This document shows positions 8,765 through 17,023 of a stretch of DNA of 64,000 nucleotides, piece by piece. The DNA lies in the IMG/VR virus record IMGVR_UViG_3300002030_000016, one strand, 5' to 3'. The translations under genes and the position numbers were made by a program. The notes below the pieces were generated by a model. The model saw nothing but the letters and a program-made list of their open reading frames with translations, had not been told where the DNA came from and made no database searches. Origin of the DNA: an uncultured virus (IMG/VR IMGVR_UViG_3300002030_000016). Its lineage: Duplodnaviria > Heunggongvirae > Uroviricota > Caudoviricetes. How positions within the stretch are numbered: the stretch's first letter is position 1; every line of letters starts with the position of its first letter.

Positions 8765-8840
8765 TGGAGAACGGGGCGGGGTTCGAACCCGCGTCAATCT
8801 GGGTTTGCAATCCAGCGCATAGCCACTCTGCCACCCGTTC
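8765..8840 (-). tRNA. tRNA-Cys (GCA)
   Basis: Acceptor stem GAACGGG/CCCGTTC, discriminator U, encoded CCA; D-loop TGGCAGAGTGG; anticodon loop TTGCAAA; T-arm GCGGGTTCGAACCCCGC; A31-C39 mismatch. Confidence 0.92.
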
Positions 8841-8845
8841 GGTGA

Positions 8846-9082
8846 TTATTTTTCCCGTTCGATCTTGTCGTGAACCCGTGGGGTGTGCCCTTCAAGCCGC
8901 TTATAGTGCGGATTTAGAACAGCCAACCCAACTGCGTCGTGCATCGCAGTATCCAGCGTTGAACGCTCATTGATGGCCAGCATCTTCGAACAGAACGCTT
9001 TGTGGGCTTCAAACTGTTCGTCGCAGAGGGCTTGAAGTTCTTCCCGCAATTCCTCTGCTGTGGTGATGGGGCCATCAGCCAT
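8846..9082 (-). CDS. hypothetical protein
   Basis: Start MADGPITT overlaps the end of the upstream ORF. Confidence 0.5.
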   Translation of the reverse strand: MADGPITTAEELREELQALCDEQFEAHKAFCSKMLAINERSTLDTAMHDAVGLAVLNPHYKRLEGHTPRVHDKIEREK

Positions 9083-9473
9083 CGTTCTTGTTCTCAGCTT
9101 CCTGAATAGCATCAACCGCATCATCCATCGACGGAAGAACAAGAATCCAACCGTGTTCTTCGAATGCTGCGAACGCACGACGGGATATTTCGCAGGCTCT
9201 GGCGACTGTCTCCGCAGGCGTCGATACTTCCAGTTTTTGGCGACCGGCGGTGTCTTCACCTGCAGGTCTTGCCGCCACCATCCCCCAGCGTTCGATGCAA
9301 GACATCGCAAAACGGGCTTCAGGGGACAACTCACGCCGCGCATGGGACAGGGTGTGGGCCGGAATCCCTTCGCGTGGGAAATCAGGACGAAACGCATGGT
9401 AGTCCGTCCAAGGGGTCGATTTTAGTTTGGGTGCTGATGGCATCGCTGGGTTCCTTTTTGATTTTCCGAACAT
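9075..9473 (-). CDS. hypothetical protein
   Basis: RBS GAGGA; first ORF after terS. Confidence 0.6.
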   Translation of the reverse strand: MFGKSKRNPAMPSAPKLKSTPWTDYHAFRPDFPREGIPAHTLSHARRELSPEARFAMSCIERWGMVAARPAGEDTAGRQKLEVSTPAETVARACEISRRAFAAFEEHGWILVLPSMDDAVDAIQEAENKNDG

Positions 9474-9485
9474 CGGAATTGTCCT

Positions 9486-10061
9486 CTACTTCGGTGGTTT
9501 GGGCGGTTCCGGCGGTTTGATTGCCGGTTCCATGACTTCGTAAACGACCTTGACCGGGGCAGCGAGCGTGACCGTTTCGTTGCTTTCGGTCTTGTCCGTC
9601 AGGCCCAGATCACGGGCAATGATGTTGGCGTTGAACTGGTCAGCAGCCGCGCCTTCGAACTTCTGGGTCTTGATGATTTCATAGGCCATCGCCGTGACCC
9701 CTGAAAAATCGGCACGTTGAACGTAGTCCACCCACGTCTGTTCCCCGATGCCCAAGAAGATGCGAAGGCCACTCAGGGTCATTGCACGCAGCTTGGGAAC
9801 GTCGGCATGAACGACCTTGCCGCCATTGTGGAAGACCTTGCGTTCGTACAGTGGGTTTGCCTCTACCCACTCGAAATATTCGACGCACGCGGACCATAGG
9901 TCTTCAGGTGTTTCGAAGATGGGCTTCCGGCCATGCGAGGACCGGGCCTTCCAGAAGTTGTTGCCCGGTAGGAATTTTCCATCAACGGACTTGCCTTCGC
10001 CACCCGGCTTTGGGGGCTTGCTTCCGTCTTTAGACGCTGGGGGTGCGGTTGTTTCTGGCAT
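9486..10061 (-). CDS. terS: terminase small subunit (P22 gp3-like DNA-packaging protein)
   Basis: GNNFWKARSSHGRKPIFETPEDLWSACVEYFEWVEANPL...RAMTLSGLRIFLGI...QKFEGAAA...NANIIARDLGL closely resembles P22 gp3. Confidence 0.9.
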   Translation of the reverse strand: MPETTAPPASKDGSKPPKPGGEGKSVDGKFLPGNNFWKARSSHGRKPIFETPEDLWSACVEYFEWVEANPLYERKVFHNGGKVVHADVPKLRAMTLSGLRIFLGIGEQTWVDYVQRADFSGVTAMAYEIIKTQKFEGAAADQFNANIIARDLGLTDKTESNETVTLAAPVKVVYEVMEPAIKPPEPPKPPK

Positions 10062-10064
10062 CAG

Positions 10065-10313
10065 CTATCGTCCTTCGTCAGCGTCGTGCATCGCGTGATC
10101 TTCAGCGGCAAGATCGATGGGGAAGCCCCCCTTGCCCTTGCAGGTTCTGCAGGTGGCAGGTTCTGGGTGCAGACAGCAGCAGGTGTCTTCGAACGCCTCG
10201 CACTGGCAGGTGTCGTCAATCACCCCTTCGCCGTGGCAATCCTCGCATTCATCCCACAGTCCATCGTCGTAGTGGTCGCCACCCTGTTCGCCGGGGGGTT
10301 CGTTGGAAGTCAT
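10065..10313 (-). CDS. DnaJ-type CxxCxGxG zinc-finger protein
   Basis: CEDCHGEG ... CRTCKGKG. Confidence 0.6.
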   Translation of the reverse strand: MTSNEPPGEQGGDHYDDGLWDECEDCHGEGVIDDTCQCEAFEDTCCCLHPEPATCRTCKGKGGFPIDLAAEDHAMHDADEGR

Positions 10314-10501
10314 GACTTCTTCCAGCTACATGATATTGAACGCGCGGCATCCCCGGCTTTTTCAGCGACAGCCTTTGCTTGATCCATAGTAATCTGGCCA
10401 AATGCAGAATGCGAAATCATCGACGCGATGACCCGTTCTTGGACACCGTTCGAAATTTCAGTGATCTGCTCTGAAGTCAGAAGGTATTCTGAGTTTGGCA
10501 T
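10310..10501 (-). CDS. hypothetical protein
   Basis: TGATG-coupled start MPNSEY. Confidence 0.45.
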   Translation of the reverse strand: MPNSEYLLTSEQITEISNGVQERVIASMISHSAFGQITMDQAKAVAEKAGDAARSISCSWKKS

Positions 10502-10959
10502 CAGAAGTCCCCCGGCGCGACTTGGCAGCAGATCAGACCCTGTTCGCGCCACATATCGACCACGGATTTCCGGTCTTCGAACACCAGTTCTGGGTTGTAA
10601 CCCTTAGCCTTCATGTCTTCCAACATCAGCATCTTCACGACGAAATCCGGTCGCCTGTCGTCAGCCGCGCGCATCCAGAGCAGGGGTTTGATTGACCAAG
10701 CTGTGTATCCAAGGTGCTTGGATAACCAAGCTGCAGTGGCTTCCCGGTGGTTTTCGGAACGACCTGTCGCGAACAAAATCCTGCTTTCGCTGAACTTATC
10801 CCCGGCCATAGATTTCAACAGCGTGATCATGGGGGCAATCGGCTTGTCATCCGCTATCGTGGCGTAGAATGCGTCCCAGTCCTTCACATCGCCCTGAACA
10901 TGGGCCACGCGATGATCGCAGTTGGCCAGCGTGCCGTCGATGTCGAAAATTACGTCCAT
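10501..10959 (-). CDS. HAD-superfamily phosphatase resembling the 3'-phosphatase domain of T4 polynucleotide kinase
   Basis: FDIDGTLA, ATGR, MRAADDRRPDFVVK, VFEDRKSVVDMWR...QVAPGDF. Confidence 0.85.
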   Translation of the reverse strand: MDVIFDIDGTLANCDHRVAHVQGDVKDWDAFYATIADDKPIAPMITLLKSMAGDKFSESRILFATGRSENHREATAAWLSKHLGYTAWSIKPLLWMRAADDRRPDFVVKMLMLEDMKAKGYNPELVFEDRKSVVDMWREQGLICCQVAPGDF

Positions 10960-11110
10960 AGGTGTCGTCCTCGCCTTCAGGTGTCCCAATGCTTGGAATT
11001 TAGGACCATAAACGGTATCAGTGGTCAAGGTTAAATCCCTGTACACAGTGCATGATGCCACCTGACCAATCCCAGTTACTGTTCCGGCACCCCCGGCATG
11101 TACAAAAAAT

Positions 11111-11168
11111 AATCACAGTAAATGTGATTTAGGGGGTTGCGCTATATCTGATGTCAGGGTTATATCCG
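11111..11168 (+). promoter_or_regulatory. early promoter 1: AATCACA-N5-TGTGATT palindrome, -35 TTGCGC, -10 TATATC inside operator GGGTTATATCCG
   Basis: AT-rich divergent intergenic region; near-duplicate of 13950-14005. Confidence 0.65.
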
Positions 11169-11197
11169 TTAAATCGAGTAATCAAGGGATGCCCACC

Positions 11198-11491
11198 ATG
11201 ATGACCTACAACAAGACAGATGATGAAGTGCGCGATGCCATCGAAGCCATCCGCACAGATCGTGAGAACCCCCGCGCCGCGCCGGGGGGCAGGCTTTCGT
11301 CCTTCTTGCCCGGTGATGGATTTGATAAATTCGGCGCACCGATGCTGGACGCCTACCTTGAACGGCTGGGCTACACGGTCACTGACCGTAAACGTCTTGG
11401 ACCTGACCAGTTCCACACCGTCAGCACCGAATGCGGCATCACTGTTGCCCGGAATGGGGCGTGCTTTGTCCGTGAATTGGAGTGTGCATGA
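11198..11491 (+). CDS. hypothetical early protein
   Basis: First ORF after promoter 1; RBS AAGGGA. Confidence 0.6.
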   Translation: MMTYNKTDDEVRDAIEAIRTDRENPRAAPGGRLSSFLPGDGFDKFGAPMLDAYLERLGYTVTDRKRLGPDQFHTVSTECGITVARNGACFVRELECA

Positions 11492-11707
11492 TGGCTGATG
11501 AAAATACCTTAATCAAAGGCGACCCGATGAAGCCTGATGACCTTGATCTGATCGCCCAGCAAAAGTGGCTTCCAACAGAAGACGCAGTTCCTGATGGGTG
11601 GAGGATTCTAACCGGAAACAACCACCGCAGCTTGATCGCTCGCTTGGCGTATCGCTTCGAAATCGAAGGTGGGACTTAACCAAATCTAATATTGAGGAAC
11701 CGAGCAA

Positions 11708-11986
11708 ATGAAAATGACGATGGCAACCATCGCGTTCATCCTGACTTCCCTGCCTGTCCAGCCCAACCAAGGCGTTCCGGCACAGTCTGAACTGGAAGCG
11801 CACCCGGAAAACTTTACCCGGTGCGGATACAAGCACACGACGCTGGCAGAAGGTCTGGTCAAGACTGAAGCCATCTGCGTCTGGACCGATGATGTCGGCA
11901 ACGCCTACGTGGTCGCGGTGCCGGTCGAATGTGACGATGAATGCGTCCCGTCAGGTGCGCCCCGCGTCACTGAATTTTACGAATAG
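11708..11986 (+). CDS. hypothetical protein with possible signal peptide and 4 Cys
   Basis: RBS GAGGA; hydrophobic N-terminus. Confidence 0.55.
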   Translation: MKMTMATIAFILTSLPVQPNQGVPAQSELEAHPENFTRCGYKHTTLAEGLVKTEAICVWTDDVGNAYVVAVPVECDDECVPSGAPRVTEFYE

Positions 11987-11997
11987 AGGAACACGGA

Positions 11998-12309
11998 ATG
12001 CCTGAGAACTTTAGCGTTATCCGTCGAAATTTTGGACACTGGGACATCGTTCAAAATGAGAAAGGCCGGGTCTTCCGGTTGCGTGGCGGACCTTCCCAGT
12101 GGGATGTCATCGATGAACGTGTTGGCAAAGGTCAGAATTCGTCCATGCAAGCATTCAAGGATCAATCAGCGGCGATGGCCTATATCTGCGCTGAACTGAT
12201 GCACGAATTGCTGACTGTCGAAGGCCAAGAGCCGCACGTCATGGAAAGCTGGAATATCAACTTTACATCAGAGCGCGACCCTATGGGGCCAACACTGGGC
12301 GATTCCTGA
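11998..12309 (+). CDS. hypothetical protein
   Basis: RBS GAGGA; coupled to the next gene. Confidence 0.6.
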   Translation: MPENFSVIRRNFGHWDIVQNEKGRVFRLRGGPSQWDVIDERVGKGQNSSMQAFKDQSAAMAYICAELMHELLTVEGQEPHVMESWNINFTSERDPMGPTLGDS

Positions 12310-13313
12310 TGGCCTATGAACAGTTCGAAAATTTCAATTTCAAGGAAGCCAGCTTGGCGACCCTTGAGACTGCAGACAGCATCATCCGTGAGTACCGGCA
12401 AAAGTACGACATGGGCCTGACCCTTCGGCAACTCTACTATCAGTTTGTTGCGCGTGATCTGCTCGAAAACACCCAGCGCAACTACAACAACCTTGGCACC
12501 CTGATCACGAAAGGCCGGAAGGCTGGGGTCATCGACTGGTCCGGCATCCACGACGAAGGCCGGTCAGCCAAGAGGCGCTGGGGGGACCAGACACCTGAAG
12601 CCGTGGTGGACAATATTTCGTCCCTGCTGATCATCGACCCTTGGAAAGATCAGGACGCCTATGTCGAAGTCTGGATTGAAAAGCACGGCATGGCGGGCAC
12701 AATCAGCAAGGTCTGCGATGACCGGCGCGTCACTTGGCTGACCTGTGGCGGGTACGTCTCGGCATCAGAGGCGTACAAGGGCGGCAAACGCTTCAGGCAG
12801 GCTGCAGAGGCAGGCAAGCGCCCTGTGTTGATCCATCTTGGGGACCATGACCCATCAGGGCTAGACATGACGCGGGACAACGGGGACCGCATTGGGCAAT
12901 TCGGGCGCATCGGGTCATTCGAATATGGATACGAAGACCTGTCCCAGATCAGTCTGGATGTGCAGCGCATCGCGTTGAACTATCCCCAGATCGAAGAACA
13001 CAGCCCACCCCCGAACCCAGCCAAGATGACCGATTCCCGCGCGGCTGATTACGTCGCAGAGCATGGATATTCTTCGTGGGAATTGGACGCCTTATCGCCG
13101 GACATCATCAGGGACATCCTTGATGCCGCAATCATGGATTATGTCAGTGATTACGAAGAGTTCACTGGGACATTCGAACGCGAAGAACGGGCCAAAGAAC
13201 ACCTTGACCAGCTTCACGGTGCTTGGGGTGATGTGACTGACTTTCTGGATGCTCGCGAAAAAGCGCCCGGACGGATCATTGATGAAATCAACGATATTTT
13301 GGAGGAAGGCTGA
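12309..13313 (+). CDS. wHTH-TOPRIM protein related to topoisomerase VI-A/Spo11/JetD-type domains
   Basis: TLRQLYYQ, VEVWIEK, GYVS, HLGDHDPSGLDM, RIALN, WELDAL. Confidence 0.75.
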   Translation: MAYEQFENFNFKEASLATLETADSIIREYRQKYDMGLTLRQLYYQFVARDLLENTQRNYNNLGTLITKGRKAGVIDWSGIHDEGRSAKRRWGDQTPEAVVDNISSLLIIDPWKDQDAYVEVWIEKHGMAGTISKVCDDRRVTWLTCGGYVSASEAYKGGKRFRQAAEAGKRPVLIHLGDHDPSGLDMTRDNGDRIGQFGRIGSFEYGYEDLSQISLDVQRIALNYPQIEEHSPPPNPAKMTDSRAADYVAEHGYSSWELDALSPDIIRDILDAAIMDYVSDYEEFTGTFEREERAKEHLDQLHGAWGDVTDFLDAREKAPGRIIDEINDILEEG

Positions 13314-13615
13314 TGGCTGGCGACATTGGATTTGTCCACTCAGATCGATACCCCAAGCACGAAGGTCCGAAAGGCCAGATGTTCGGGGGTGAATGCAATC
13401 GGACTGCCTGCACACGGCACGGTGCCCGGTTCTACAACCGGCACACATTCGGGCTTTATTGCGGGTTTTGCGCGGAAGCCATCAACATGCCGGATGACAT
13501 CCTGCCCACCTGCATTGAAGTTGACGAAAAGCCAGACCGGGATGGGATGGGATACCACATGGAAGCGTGGGTCAAAGCCTATGCGAAAAAACGAGAAAGG
13601 GAACGCAATGGGTGA
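13313..13615 (+). CDS. Cys-rich hypothetical protein
   Basis: KGQMFGGECNRTAC...YCGFCAEAIN. Confidence 0.6.
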   Translation: MAGDIGFVHSDRYPKHEGPKGQMFGGECNRTACTRHGARFYNRHTFGLYCGFCAEAINMPDDILPTCIEVDEKPDRDGMGYHMEAWVKAYAKKRERERNG

Positions 13616-13937
13616 ACATGCTAAAGCCCATCTATGGGGCGAAATGAACGGTCGCGACATGGACAGCCCAGAAGACTATCTGGACTATTACGAAGACACG
13701 AAGCCAGCAGAACCACACTTCATCCACAGCGAAGCCCAGATGCTTTTGGGCTGCTTCGATGAACACATGGACGAAGACAGCCCACCCAAACGCTGGGAGA
13801 TTGTCACGGCACTGTTCCCTGACATGAAGCCGGAAGACGCCCAGTCCCTGATCAAAGGGCTGGAAGCATTAACGGCACTTCCAGAGCCTGAATATGAACC
13901 TGATGAAATCACAGATGATTTGGGCGAACCCTTCTAA
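13608..13937 (+). CDS. acidic hypothetical protein
   Basis: Start MGEHAK overlaps the previous stop. Confidence 0.55.
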   Translation: MGEHAKAHLWGEMNGRDMDSPEDYLDYYEDTKPAEPHFIHSEAQMLLGCFDEHMDEDSPPKRWEIVTALFPDMKPEDAQSLIKGLEALTALPEPEYEPDEITDDLGEPF

Positions 13938-13949
13938 TAGACGACTTTT

Positions 13950-14005
13950 ATCACATAAATTGTGATTCAGGGGGTTGTGCTTTTCGTAAGTAAGGGTTAT
14001 ATCCT
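13950..14005 (+). promoter_or_regulatory. early promoter 2: ATCACA-N5-TGTGAT palindrome, -35 TTGTGC, 17-bp spacer, -10 TATATC inside operator GGGTTATATCCT
   Basis: Same architecture as 11111-11168. Confidence 0.65.
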
Positions 14006-14038
14006 TTATATCGAAGCGACACAGCAAGGAATGCCCAG

Positions 14039-14215
14039 ATGCTCAATATCAACTTCACTGCAAAAGAAGCCCTCGCCATCATCGCTGGTGATGTTGATAT
14101 GTTCGTCCATGCTGAATTGGCTGCCCTTCGCGGTGAAATCGAAGCATTGCCGCCATACAAGCGTTTGTCCGGTGATCTTAACGACCGTTTCGAAGAAGCG
14201 TTCATGGCTGGTTAA
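14039..14215 (+). CDS. 58-aa early protein (not in the ORF track)
   Basis: RBS AAGGAATGCCCAG-ATG; MLNINFTAKEALAIIAGDVDMFVHAELAALRGEIEALPPYKRLSGDLNDRFEEAFMAG. Confidence 0.65.
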   Translation: MLNINFTAKEALAIIAGDVDMFVHAELAALRGEIEALPPYKRLSGDLNDRFEEAFMAG

Positions 14216-14254
14216 TTCCAGCCCAGACGTTCTGACATAGAAGAGGAATTCCCC

Positions 14255-14560
14255 ATGACCGCAACGCCCCAAGAAATCGTCAAGTTTGAAGCTGACCGTA
14301 CCTACTTTCAGCACAGCATTTGTGACCATGACACCGTTTTTGAAATCACAGTCGCGCGCCGTACCGCCAAGACGATATGGACCACTTGCGGGAAGCAGCT
14401 TCGCATCAGCATCTGGCGTGGTGTTGAGCAGGTGAAACCACATGGAAACTACAGCATGTGTACGATTATCGGCGCTGAAAAGGTTCGCGACCTGAAACCA
14501 ACCCTTGCCCCCAATGTTATCGACTTTGCAGCAGAGCGCGCCAAGCGCGTTGCTGCGTAA
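14255..14560 (+). CDS. hypothetical early protein
   Basis: RBS GAGGA; YFQHSICDHD...RRTAKT. Confidence 0.65.
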   Translation: MTATPQEIVKFEADRTYFQHSICDHDTVFEITVARRTAKTIWTTCGKQLRISIWRGVEQVKPHGNYSMCTIIGAEKVRDLKPTLAPNVIDFAAERAKRVAA

Positions 14561-14581
14561 CCACCACAGAAGGAATGCCCA

Positions 14582-14989
14582 ATGACGAAATCATCTAACC
14601 CCATCGACATCCACGTTGGAAGCCGTGTCCGGCTTCGGCGCATGATGATTGGCATGTCGCAGGAACGCCTTGGCGAAAAGCTGAATCTGACCTTCCAGCA
14701 GGTCCAGAAGTACGAAAAGGGGGCCAACCGCATCGGAGCAAGCCGCCTTTTCACCATTGCGAGCATTCTTGATGTCCCCGTGCAATTCTTCTTTGAAGAC
14801 ATGCCCGGTGCCGCAATCGAAAATCTTCCCGGTTCTGCGGAAGGAATAAAAGAGCCTGATCAGACGGAATACGTCATGGGCTTTGTAAGCAGCGCCGAAG
14901 GTCTGCAACTGAACACAGCGTTCAGCAAAATTGGCAACGTAGAGACCCGCCGGAAGCTGGTTGATCTGATCAAGACCTTGGTGGACTGA
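14582..14989 (+). CDS. praR: XRE-family HTH regulator, PraR/PhrR-like (host-type)
   Basis: NPIDIHVGSRVRLRRMMIGMSQERLGE..TFQQVQKYEKGANRIGASRL..ILDVPVQFFFE..FVSSAEGLQLN.AF.KI...RRKLVDLIK matches the conserved rhizobial PhrR/PraR pattern end to end. Confidence 0.8.
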   Translation: MTKSSNPIDIHVGSRVRLRRMMIGMSQERLGEKLNLTFQQVQKYEKGANRIGASRLFTIASILDVPVQFFFEDMPGAAIENLPGSAEGIKEPDQTEYVMGFVSSAEGLQLNTAFSKIGNVETRRKLVDLIKTLVD

Positions 14990-15243
14990 TGGCTGTTCTG
15001 GCGATGACAGATGACCATTTCGTGGAATTCGATTGCGGCATCTTCACCATATCCCGCTACACGGATGGCCACTGTCTCGCCATCAAAGCCAAGGGCGTTG
15101 CCGGGGATTTTCGGCACGCCGTCAAGAAGAAGGGCGTGGATCACGCCATCGTCCTGTTCACCAGCATTGCCATCGCGACCGGCGCTGACTGGGAACCGCT
15201 TTACAAGCCACATCGAATGCCCAGAAAGGAAACGACACCATGA
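14989..15243 (+). CDS. hypothetical protein
   Basis: TGATG coupling. Confidence 0.55.
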   Translation: MAVLAMTDDHFVEFDCGIFTISRYTDGHCLAIKAKGVAGDFRHAVKKKGVDHAIVLFTSIAIATGADWEPLYKPHRMPRKETTP

Positions 15244-15509
15244 CTAGGACCATTGGTGACATCAAGATCAAGATCGAAAACAAGGCCAAGATGATTGGCC
15301 AGACCCTATGGCGTCAGGAAGGCCCAGAAGGCACGATCATCCGGCACCATGCGATGCTGATGTTTGGCGCAACCATGATCTACGTTCAGTCGTTCGAAGA
15401 CGGGGGCTGGGAAGCGTTCGTTCAGGCGACGACATCGAACGAAACGAAGGCGACATTCGACGCCATCTTGTCGCACATCAACGCCGATGAAATGGCAGGT
15501 GCCCAATGA
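15240..15509 (+). CDS. hypothetical protein
   Basis: ATGA coupling. Confidence 0.55.
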   Translation: MTRTIGDIKIKIENKAKMIGQTLWRQEGPEGTIIRHHAMLMFGATMIYVQSFEDGGWEAFVQATTSNETKATFDAILSHINADEMAGAQ

Positions 15510-15760
15510 CGGCTTTCGTTGGATATGTTGGCGACAGCGACGACAACATGATCCCCATCGCGACCGGGGACAGCTACGAAGATTGCTTCACCAAGACATT
15601 CAACCGTTTGGTTGATGCCTGCGAAGGTGATCGATGGACGCTTTCGATGGCCCAAATGGCCGTTAGAGAACGCGACATCACCCCAGCACAGGCAGCCGAA
15701 TTGGACGCCTTAATCGAAGCCCAGATCAAAAAGTGGAAAGACGATGGCACCAAGACCTGA
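15506..15760 (+). CDS. hypothetical protein
   Basis: ATGA coupling. Confidence 0.55.
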   Translation: MTAFVGYVGDSDDNMIPIATGDSYEDCFTKTFNRLVDACEGDRWTLSMAQMAVRERDITPAQAAELDALIEAQIKKWKDDGTKT

Positions 15761-16139
15761 AACGAAAATAGCCCCGTTCGCAGCCGAAAAAGGGAAGACC
15801 AGAACGTCCGGCCTGCTGTCCATAGCCATCTTGCCCTTCGTAGCAAGTGGTGGGCTGGGTGAGAATTTGGCGATTGTTGGGACGGTTTTGGTTCACGCTC
15901 TGGGGTGCCTGATCTGGGTGAGGATTGGAGCAATAACGACCGGCACCCAGACGGTAGAATCTGACACTCCAATATGGGCAAATTTCCTGAAACTTGTCGC
16001 TGTAATGCCAATGGCTCACTTCGGTTTTTGGGTAACTTTCATCGCGCTGGTGGTTAATTGGATTCAGGTCACGCTAATTGTCTGGGGCCATCAAGGTGCA
16101 GACTACACCGAAGCAAAGGAATCCAAAAATGACGGGTGA
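15744..16139 (+). CDS. membrane protein
   Basis: Three to four hydrophobic segments. Confidence 0.55.
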   Translation: MAPRPETKIAPFAAEKGKTRTSGLLSIAILPFVASGGLGENLAIVGTVLVHALGCLIWVRIGAITTGTQTVESDTPIWANFLKLVAVMPMAHFGFWVTFIALVVNWIQVTLIVWGHQGADYTEAKESKNDG

Positions 16140-16377
16140 TCAGTTCTGCGAATGGCTGGACGCCATGCGCGCAGCCGGGAAGATCGTGCTGGACAAGGAC
16201 GCTGGTGTCCTGCTGGGGCTTCACCCCAACAGCATGACAAGTCTCAAGAAGAAGGGCGGTGATCGTCGCCTGTCGCTGGCCTGCCAGTGTCTGTATCGGG
16301 GGCTTCCAGAATGGGGCGGTGATCTGGGTTATCCAGCCGGACCAGATAGTCAGGAAGAGGCTCGAAAACCCGGCTGA
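16129..16377 (+). CDS. small HTH-like DNA-binding protein
   Basis: RBS AAGGA; MTGDQFCEWLDAM...DAGVLLGLHPNSMTSL...RRLSLACQCL. Confidence 0.55.
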   Translation: MTGDQFCEWLDAMRAAGKIVLDKDAGVLLGLHPNSMTSLKKKGGDRRLSLACQCLYRGLPEWGGDLGYPAGPDSQEEARKPG

Positions 16378-17023
16378 AGTCTTCGATTCCGAAGGCGATT
16401 TTAAGCTGCAGAACGGACCACCCAAACGCCTGATTGACCGTGAATAGGGTGTTCGATCTGCAGCCCCACTGGTGACGGGCCAAAATCTCCTTTGGCTTCA
16501 CCCACCTGACCCCCACATCATTCAGGACCGTCAGTACCGGCATCGCGCGCCGCGTCCGGCTGATCGTCTTCGACGGGTGCTGGACGTAGACCCCGCGCAT
16601 GTAGGCCAAAACCCGACGCAGTTCAGCGGCATCAGCAACCCTCTGCGTCACGCCGCCGTCGCTCAATTTCCCGCCATCGACCGGGGAATCCAACTCGACT
16701 GCAGAGACAGCGCCAATCTTTTCGCCAAGACCGATGTATCGATCAAGGGCATGGCCACCGCCCAGAGACAGCATCTTGATGACTGCTGGTTGACGGTTGC
16801 GGCTGACGTGCATCAGCTTCACAGCCACCTTGCCGCCACCCACTTCGACAGGCACCGGCACATAGGCGCTTTCTTGCTCTGGTCGTCCATGCCCGTCTGG
16901 GCCGGTATCGCCCCCACGGTCCAAATTTACGGGCGTTGGTGCCGCCGGTAGTTCAAGGGATGCTTTGTAATCCGCTTTGCGTTTCTGCATTTCTTCAGTG
17001 GATAACCGTTCCCGGTTTGACAT
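16244..17023 (-). CDS. hypothetical protein, possibly a late-gene regulator (last gene of the replication operon)
   Basis: 259 aa ORF; function inferred only from position and a helical C-terminal half. Confidence 0.5.
   Translation of the reverse strand: MSNRERLSTEEMQKRKADYKASLELPAAPTPVNLDRGGDTGPDGHGRPEQESAYVPVPVEVGGGKVAVKLMHVSRNRQPAVIKMLSLGGGHALDRYIGLGEKIGAVSAVELDSPVDGGKLSDGGVTQRVADAAELRRVLAYMRGVYVQHPSKTISRTRRAMPVLTVLNDVGVRWVKPKEILARHQWGCRSNTLFTVNQAFGWSVLQLKIAFGIEDFSRVFEPLPDYLVRLDNPDHRPILEAPDTDTGRPATGDDHRPSS

Noticed and set aside
8779..8790. Operator-consensus match GGGTTCGAACCC
   Set aside because: It is the tRNA T-arm and is explained by tRNA structure
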